Shown: positions 57,671-64,000 of the stretch, in pieces
Layout: each line of letters opens with the position of its first letter
Position numbering within the stretch: the first letter of the stretch is position 1
Source of the DNA: Anolis carolinensis
Lineage: Eukaryota
Direction: 5' to 3'
Assembly (NCBI RefSeq): GCF_035594765.1
Contig: NW_026943822.1
Span: 25,302,968 to 25,366,967 of the forward strand
Length of the DNA stretch: 64,000 bases
The notes under the pieces: model-generated
What the model saw: only the letters and a program-made list of their open reading frames with translations
What the model was told of the DNA's origin: nothing
Databases searched by the model: none
Program-made: the position numbers and the translations under genes

Positions 57671-58313
57671 TATATCTCTCCAGGTTCTGGCCAAGGTTTC
57701 CAAGCCTTCCCTTTTGCTTTGCTCTCCTTCCTTCTCCCAAGGCCTGGCGGGAATGGTTGGGCCTGAAAGGCAGCTGCTGGGAGCCCATCTGGTTCCACTT
57801 AGCAGCTTTTACGGGGAAGGCTGGGGAGGGGTCTGCATTCCAAGGGAGAGGCCCGTCCCTCCAGCCCTGCAAGACTGGCCTCCCTCCTTCCTGCCCGTTT
57901 CCAGGAGGGTCTGCCCAGAAGAACCCCCCCCCCCCCCCCAAGCAGGACTAGAGGGAGATGTGTGTGTTTGTGTGTGCGTCTGTGTCTTTGTAAGCCTGGA
58001 TTCTTGCTCTCAAACCTCTTTTCTTTGCGTTGCTTGCTGTGAGTTTTTGGCCTGTCTGCCCATGTTCCAGAAGCAGCATTCTCTCCTGACGATTCGCCCA
58101 CATCTGTGGCAGGCATCCTCACTCAGATGCTCTTCCTCATCCTCTGTAATTTGGACCATTTTTCTAGGGTTTTGTTTGTTTGTTTGTTTGAAAGACATAT
58201 TTTGGGTGACTATGTCTTTTGTGGCCAAATTTGGTGTGATTTGGTTCAGTGGTTTTGTTGTTTACTCCATAGTAAAATGAATATATATATATATACACAC
58301 ACACACACATACC

Positions 58314-58630
58314 CAGTAGAGTCTCGCTTATCCAACACTTGCTTATCCAACATTCTGGATTATCCAACGCATTTTTGGAGACAATGTTTTCAATATATCG
58401 TGATATTTTGGTGCTAAATTCGTAAATACAGTAATTACTACATAGCATTACTGCATATTGAACTACTTTTTCTTTCAAATTTGTTGTATAACATGATGTT
58501 CTGGTGCTTAATTTGTGAAATCATAACCTAATTTGATGTTTAATAGGCTTTTCCTTAATCCCTTCTTATTCAACATATTTGCTTATCCAAGCTTCTGCTG
58601 GCCCGTTTATGTTGGATAAGTGAGACTCTA
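58314..58630. mobile_element. Tc1/mariner-type MITE
   Basis: Same TIRs; right end runs into (TATC)n. Confidence 0.8.
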
Positions 58631-58655
58631 TATCTATCTATCTATCTATCTGTCT

Positions 58656-58962
58656 GCCCACTTTAGAATAGCCCCATTCTCGAGGTGTTGCCAATGCTAT
58701 ATTGCACTTTGTCCATTTCAACTGTGAAATTACCTTCCCCATTTCGGCCCATGTTGCACGTTGCCTGCGTTCTATGAATTAGTCTCCAGTGTTAATATTG
58801 TATGTTTTATATTGATTTTAACGATTGTTTTTACTGTAATTGATGTTTTTATTGGATAACTGTTTTGATATTTGATTGTTTTATTGGGCCAGGCCCCATG
58901 TAAGCCGCCCCGAGTCCCTTTGGGGAGAGGGGGTGGGGTATAAAAATAAAGTTATTATTATT
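58656..58962 (+). mobile_element. L2-like 3'-tailed retroposon fragment
   Basis: Near-identical to reverse complement of 30543-30868; ends GTAAGCCGCCCCGAGTCCC..GGGGTATAAAAATAAAG(TTA)n, a tail seen in many short copies across the window. Confidence 0.65.
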
Positions 58963-59139
58963 CTTATAGGCTGTTAGGGATTGTGGGAGCTGGAGTGCAA
59001 AACCCCTGGAGGGCGGGCCCAAGTTGGCTAATGCCTCCATCTCAGAACAACAACAATCATCATGTATTGTGAGAATGTGTGTGTGTGTGTTGGGCCTGCC
59101 TTGACAGACAGCTGCCTTGCTTCCTTCCTTCCTTCCTTC

Positions 59140-59535
59140 CTTCCTTTCCGTGGAGGCGGGACTTCCTCTCCCCGTTCTCTCCCCTTCTGTGTGTCTCTCT
59201 CTCTCTCTCTCTCTGTCGGCGGAGGGATCCGGCTGGGCGGGCCGGGCCGGGCCGGGCCTTTGGTGGGCGGAAGGAGACAGAAGGAGGAGGAGGAGGAGGA
59301 GGAGAAGGAGTCCCAGCAGGAGACGAAGCCCAGCCCGCCTCCGCCTCCTCTCCTTGGAAGATGCCCGCCTGAAGGAAGGAAGGAAGGAGGGAGGGAGGGA
59401 GGGAGGGAGGGAGGGAGGGAGGCCCTCCGGAAGGAGGAAGAAAGAAGGGAGGAAGGGAAGGAGCCCCAGCCTTGGCCTGCCTCGCCTCAGCCTCAGCCTC
59501 AGCCTCCCACGCAGCCAGCCAGCCAGCCAGCCCTG
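59140..59535 (+). promoter_or_regulatory. TCF12 promoter and probable non-coding exon 1
   Basis: GC-rich stretch with GGCGGGACTTCC and GC boxes ending at donor CTG|GTAAGG (59535/59536), 1.2 kb upstream of first coding exon. Confidence 0.55.
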
Positions 59536-59539
59536 GTAA

Positions 59540-60345
59540 GGAAGGAAGGAAGGAGGGAAAGAGAGAGAGAGAGGAAAGACAGGCCCATCGTGCCTCCTGC
59601 AACACCACTTATATACAAGGAAGGAAGGAAAGAAAGAGGGAGGAAAGAGGTATAAAGAAGGAAAGGAAGAAGGAAGAGAAGAGATGGAAGGAGGGAGCAA
59701 AGAACAAATCAAAGGAAGAAGGGAAGGAAGGAAGGAAAGGGGAAGAGGAGGAGAAGGAGGAGGGGGGGGCTCTTCTCTTCTTCCCCCTTCTTCTTCTTCT
59801 TCTTCTCTCGCTTTCTCTTTCTGGGGAGAAAGTCTCTCCCTGGGAGGAAAAGGAAGAGGAAGAGAAGCCCCCCCCCGCCCTCCCTCCCTTTAGGGCCCTC
59901 CCCTCCCCTCCCCTGCCCCCCTCCCCTCCCCGCCCCTCCCCTGGGGTGAAAAAGAAACTTGGGGGGAGGGGCTCCCACTCTCAGGTCAGGAGGGAGGGGC
60001 GGGCAGTCTCCTGTCTTTCTTTCTTCCCTTCCTTTTTCTCTCTCTCTCCCTTTCTTTTCCTTTCCCTCCTCTCTTCCTTTTCTTCTTGCTCTTTCACTTT
60101 TTCTTCACTTGTACCTTCTCAGCTTCTTTTCTTCCTCTTTTCATCCTTCTTTCCATCTCTTTCCTTCCTTCTTTCATCTCTCCCTCTTCCCTTCCTCTCT
60201 GCTTCCTTCTTTCTTTCCTTCCACTTCCGTCTTTCTCTTTCACTTCCTTCCTTTTCTCTCCCTTCTTTCCTTCTTTCCTTCCCTCTTTCTTTCTCTTTTC
60301 CTTCCTTCCTCTCTCTCCTTCCTTCCTTCCTTCTTCTTCTCTTGA
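59540..60345. repeat. Low-complexity polypurine then polypyrimidine tracts in TCF12 5' intron
   Basis: GGAA/GA-rich 59540-59770 and CCTT/CT-rich 60010-60345. Confidence 0.85.
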
Positions 60346-60780
60346 CTCAGCTGCAACTCTGTGCACCAAGACATGGAGGAAGCCATAAGAATTATATTAT
60401 TTTGATAGTTTTAAGTAGTTTTCCAGTGGTGAACTCTTCTATGTTCAGTGCTTATGCGCCATGGGTTTCAAACAGTGTGCCGTGTTGGTGTGCTGCTTTG
60501 AGTCTCATTTGAGAGAAGAAACAAGGATAGAAACATAATAATAATAATAAAGTATTGCCAAAGGCTTTCACAACCAGAATCACTGGGATGTTGTTGTGTG
60601 ATTTTGGGCTGTAAGGCCAATGCAAATGCAGGCGAAACATCAGGAGAAGAGGCTGCTAGAACACATTGGCCATACAGCCCAGAAACCACACTACACTCCA
60701 ATAATAATGATGATGATGATGATGATGATAACAACAATGTGGTCCTTTCTGGCCCTCAGGACCCTGCAGAGCGGATGAAG

Positions 60781-61604
<824 letters not shown>

Positions 61605-63235
61605 TGAGTGGGTTGAAAGGCTCAGTCAATGCAGATTTTTTTTCCTTTTTTAAAATTTGGAACATTCCTTTTTGGAGATAAAAAAAAATGTGAGTATTGT
61701 CCTGTTTGGATTTGAATTATTTGGTTTCATTTGAAATTCTCTGTGTGTGTGGCTTGGTTTTGGTTTATCGCATATTTTAGTATCAAGATGATAACCTAAA
61801 GCAACACAGGCTGCTCTGTTGTTCTGGTGGAAACCTCATTAATCTTGATTATAGTGGGAATAAGAGAAGAAATGTTAGAAAATGGCTTGCGATATGCCGA
61901 GAATTTACCAATAAATGTTGACTGTGCACATCTCGCTGTTGGAAGAGATGCGTCTTTGCGTACATGTTGGCTGAATTGATGAAAATGAAACCTAGTTCTG
62001 CATTGATAGGGTTTGTGCACTGAGTAGAGTCCCAAACATTTAAAATCCTCTGAAATGCTCTTAGTTGTATTAGAAGCTATGAGAAACAGTATCATAGATC
62101 TCTTTCCATCTGGGTAGAAATATTCCGTCTCTGTAATTGCCGTTTGTGCTGTGCTCCCCATCGGCCTCCAATTAAACATACCCGATGCTGCTGTGCTGAA
62201 TGACGCTGATATTTCTAGAAACGAGTTGAATGCGTCCTTGGGTTTAATCGGCAAGATTTACACAGGGCGGCTTTCCACGGCTTCCTTTAGAGGCCGAGAG
62301 AGTGTGACTTGCCCACGGTCACCCAGTGGCCTTCCTGCCTGTACGGCCCATGAATCGCAGTCAGGTTTATTTCCTCCCAAACCAACCTCTGTATTTTTAA
62401 CTGTGTTTTGTTATTTTTAATGGTGCTGTTTATGTTTTGATTCTTCTCCACTTCTCCAGTTGCTTTCATGGATAAGACAAGGGGCAGATCTAGTAAATAC
62501 ACCAATGTGGCCACTCAGGGGAAAACTCAAGTTCCTCTTTGCTACCTTTCTGCCGTTTGCTCCAGGACTTGCTTTTGATAAATGAGTTTTGAAATAGCCT
62601 CTAAGACAGGCCTGTGGGGAATGGTGGGAATGTAGTGCAAAACACCTGGAGGGAGGGCCGAAGTTGGCCCATGCGTGCTCTGAGCCTTCCTTCCTGCTTC
62701 CAGCTTTGAGTGCATTTCCTCCTCGGGGTGGGCCTTGCTTGGAAAGGACACAACTTAGGTGGGGTCTGGGTTCACAGTGTTTCTGAAAAGGGCTCTGGTA
62801 TTTGGAGGCGTTTTGCAGTGTTTTCTCTGCGTGCGTTGCTCAGAGCAGACGTACGGACGGTGTTTGCTCCCAAAGCGGAGGGTGGCGGTGGGCTCGAACT
62901 TGGGAAGAGGGAGGAGGGGGTGCTGCGCCCTTGCCGATGTGGCCCTTTGGGAGGGAGGGAGGGAGGGAGGGAGGGAGGGGAGAGGAGGAGGCTCTTTGTT
63001 CTGTGGAGTCCGCGGGCCTCTCCGCCACTCCAGGGCTCCGCTTGAGCCCTCCGTAGCCGCATTTCATGGCCTTCGCTCAGGCCTTTCGCTTCCCTTATTG
63101 GGGCTCCGCTGTCCCGCAAAATGGGTTTCTTTGGTCATTCTCTTTTCAGATGTAACACAAACCTTGATAACATCCGGCTGCCTTGGAGTAGCTCACCCTT
63201 GGCTGAGGTGGTGTGGTTATGTAATAATAATAATA

Positions 63236-63557
63236 GGTAAAAAAGGTAAAGGTTTCCCCTGACGTTAAGTCCAGTCATGTCCGACTCTGGGGGTTGTTGC
63301 TCATCTCCATTTTTAAGCCAAAGAGCCGGTGTTGTCCGTAGACACCTCCAAGGTCATGATTGCATGGAACGCCGTTACCTTCCTGCTGGAGCGGTACCTA
63401 TTGATCTACTCACATTTGCATGTTTTTGAACTACTAGGTTGGCAGAAGCTGGGGCTAACTGTGGGTGCTCACTCCACTCCCCAGATTCTAACCTGTGACC
63501 TTTTGGTCCGCAAGTTCAGCAGCTCAGCGCTTTAACATGCAGCGCCACCGGGGGCTC
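63236..63557 (-). mobile_element. Sauria SINE, full length
   Basis: Homologous to the other copies with head and tail. Confidence 0.85.
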
Positions 63558-64000
63558 AATAATAATAATAACAACTTAATTTTTGTATGCCGCCTCCATC
63601 TCCCCGAGGGGACTCGGAGTGGCTTACATGGGGTCGAGCCCAATCAACATCATAATATCATAAAATAATCAATTTAAAACACATACATTGTTACATAAAA
63701 TAGAATCATCAAACAGCAGTTTAAAACAACATAAAATTATATAACAGCATAAAAAAATCAATCTTCAGTGAGCCTATGAAAGGTCCAATCCTAGGCATAA
63801 ATGGGCCGACTGGTTCAACGAGAGCTTTTTTCTCCTTTAGAATAGCATTCATTTGAATGTTGAAAATGAAGCACTCCAATGCTAACTCTCTTGAGGCCTT
63901 TTGTGGGGACTTGCACCCCCTTTGGACCCCCCCCCCCCCTTTTGCCGTTCTGCCCTGAGCTGGAAGGAGAACTGGGGGTCTGCTTTGCTGATGTCTTGTG

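Noticed and set aside
58849-60512. Long S/L/F/P-rich and R/E/K/G-rich ORFs
   Set aside because: Low-complexity purine/pyrimidine tracts lacking stop codons
61780-62260. Repeat-free complex sequence and 152-aa minus ORF in TCF12 intron
   Set aside because: Could be a conserved non-coding element but cannot be supported without alignment; ORF resembles nothing I recognise

Overview
Eukaryotic (vertebrate, squamate; Sauria SINEs and the overall repeat set point to a lizard such as Anolis) genomic window, GC-rich and gene-dense. It carries the conserved block NEDD4 (5' part, -) / RFX7 (-) / TEX9 (+) / MNS1 (-) / ZNF280D (-) / TCF12 (5' part, +), the same order I recall for human 15q21.3 but far more compact. 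Exon-intron structures were traced by hand with consistent reading-frame phases: RFX7 9 coding exons (~1538 aa), TEX9 11 (~377 aa), MNS1 10 (~504 aa), ZNF280D 19 (~1460 aa). Almost all entries in the ORF track are spurious or partial exons. Non-coding space holds Sauria SINEs, ~320-bp Tc1/mariner-type MITEs, palindromic hAT-type MITEs, Penelope-like, CR1, L2-like and Dong/R4 LINE fragments, compound minisatellites and one 263-N gap. Most notable: a U12 AT-AC intron in the RFX7 DNA-binding domain, three GC-AG introns, minimal hammerhead-ribozyme cores in Penelope-like fragments, palindromic MITEs whose two arms share copy-specific variants, X-boxes at both ciliary gene starts next to RFX7, a YY1-motif tandem repeat upstream of RFX7, and a greatly expanded acidic ZNF280D tail. 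I cannot support a wholly new biological system; gene and repeat-family names rest on recalled homologues, not on database searches.
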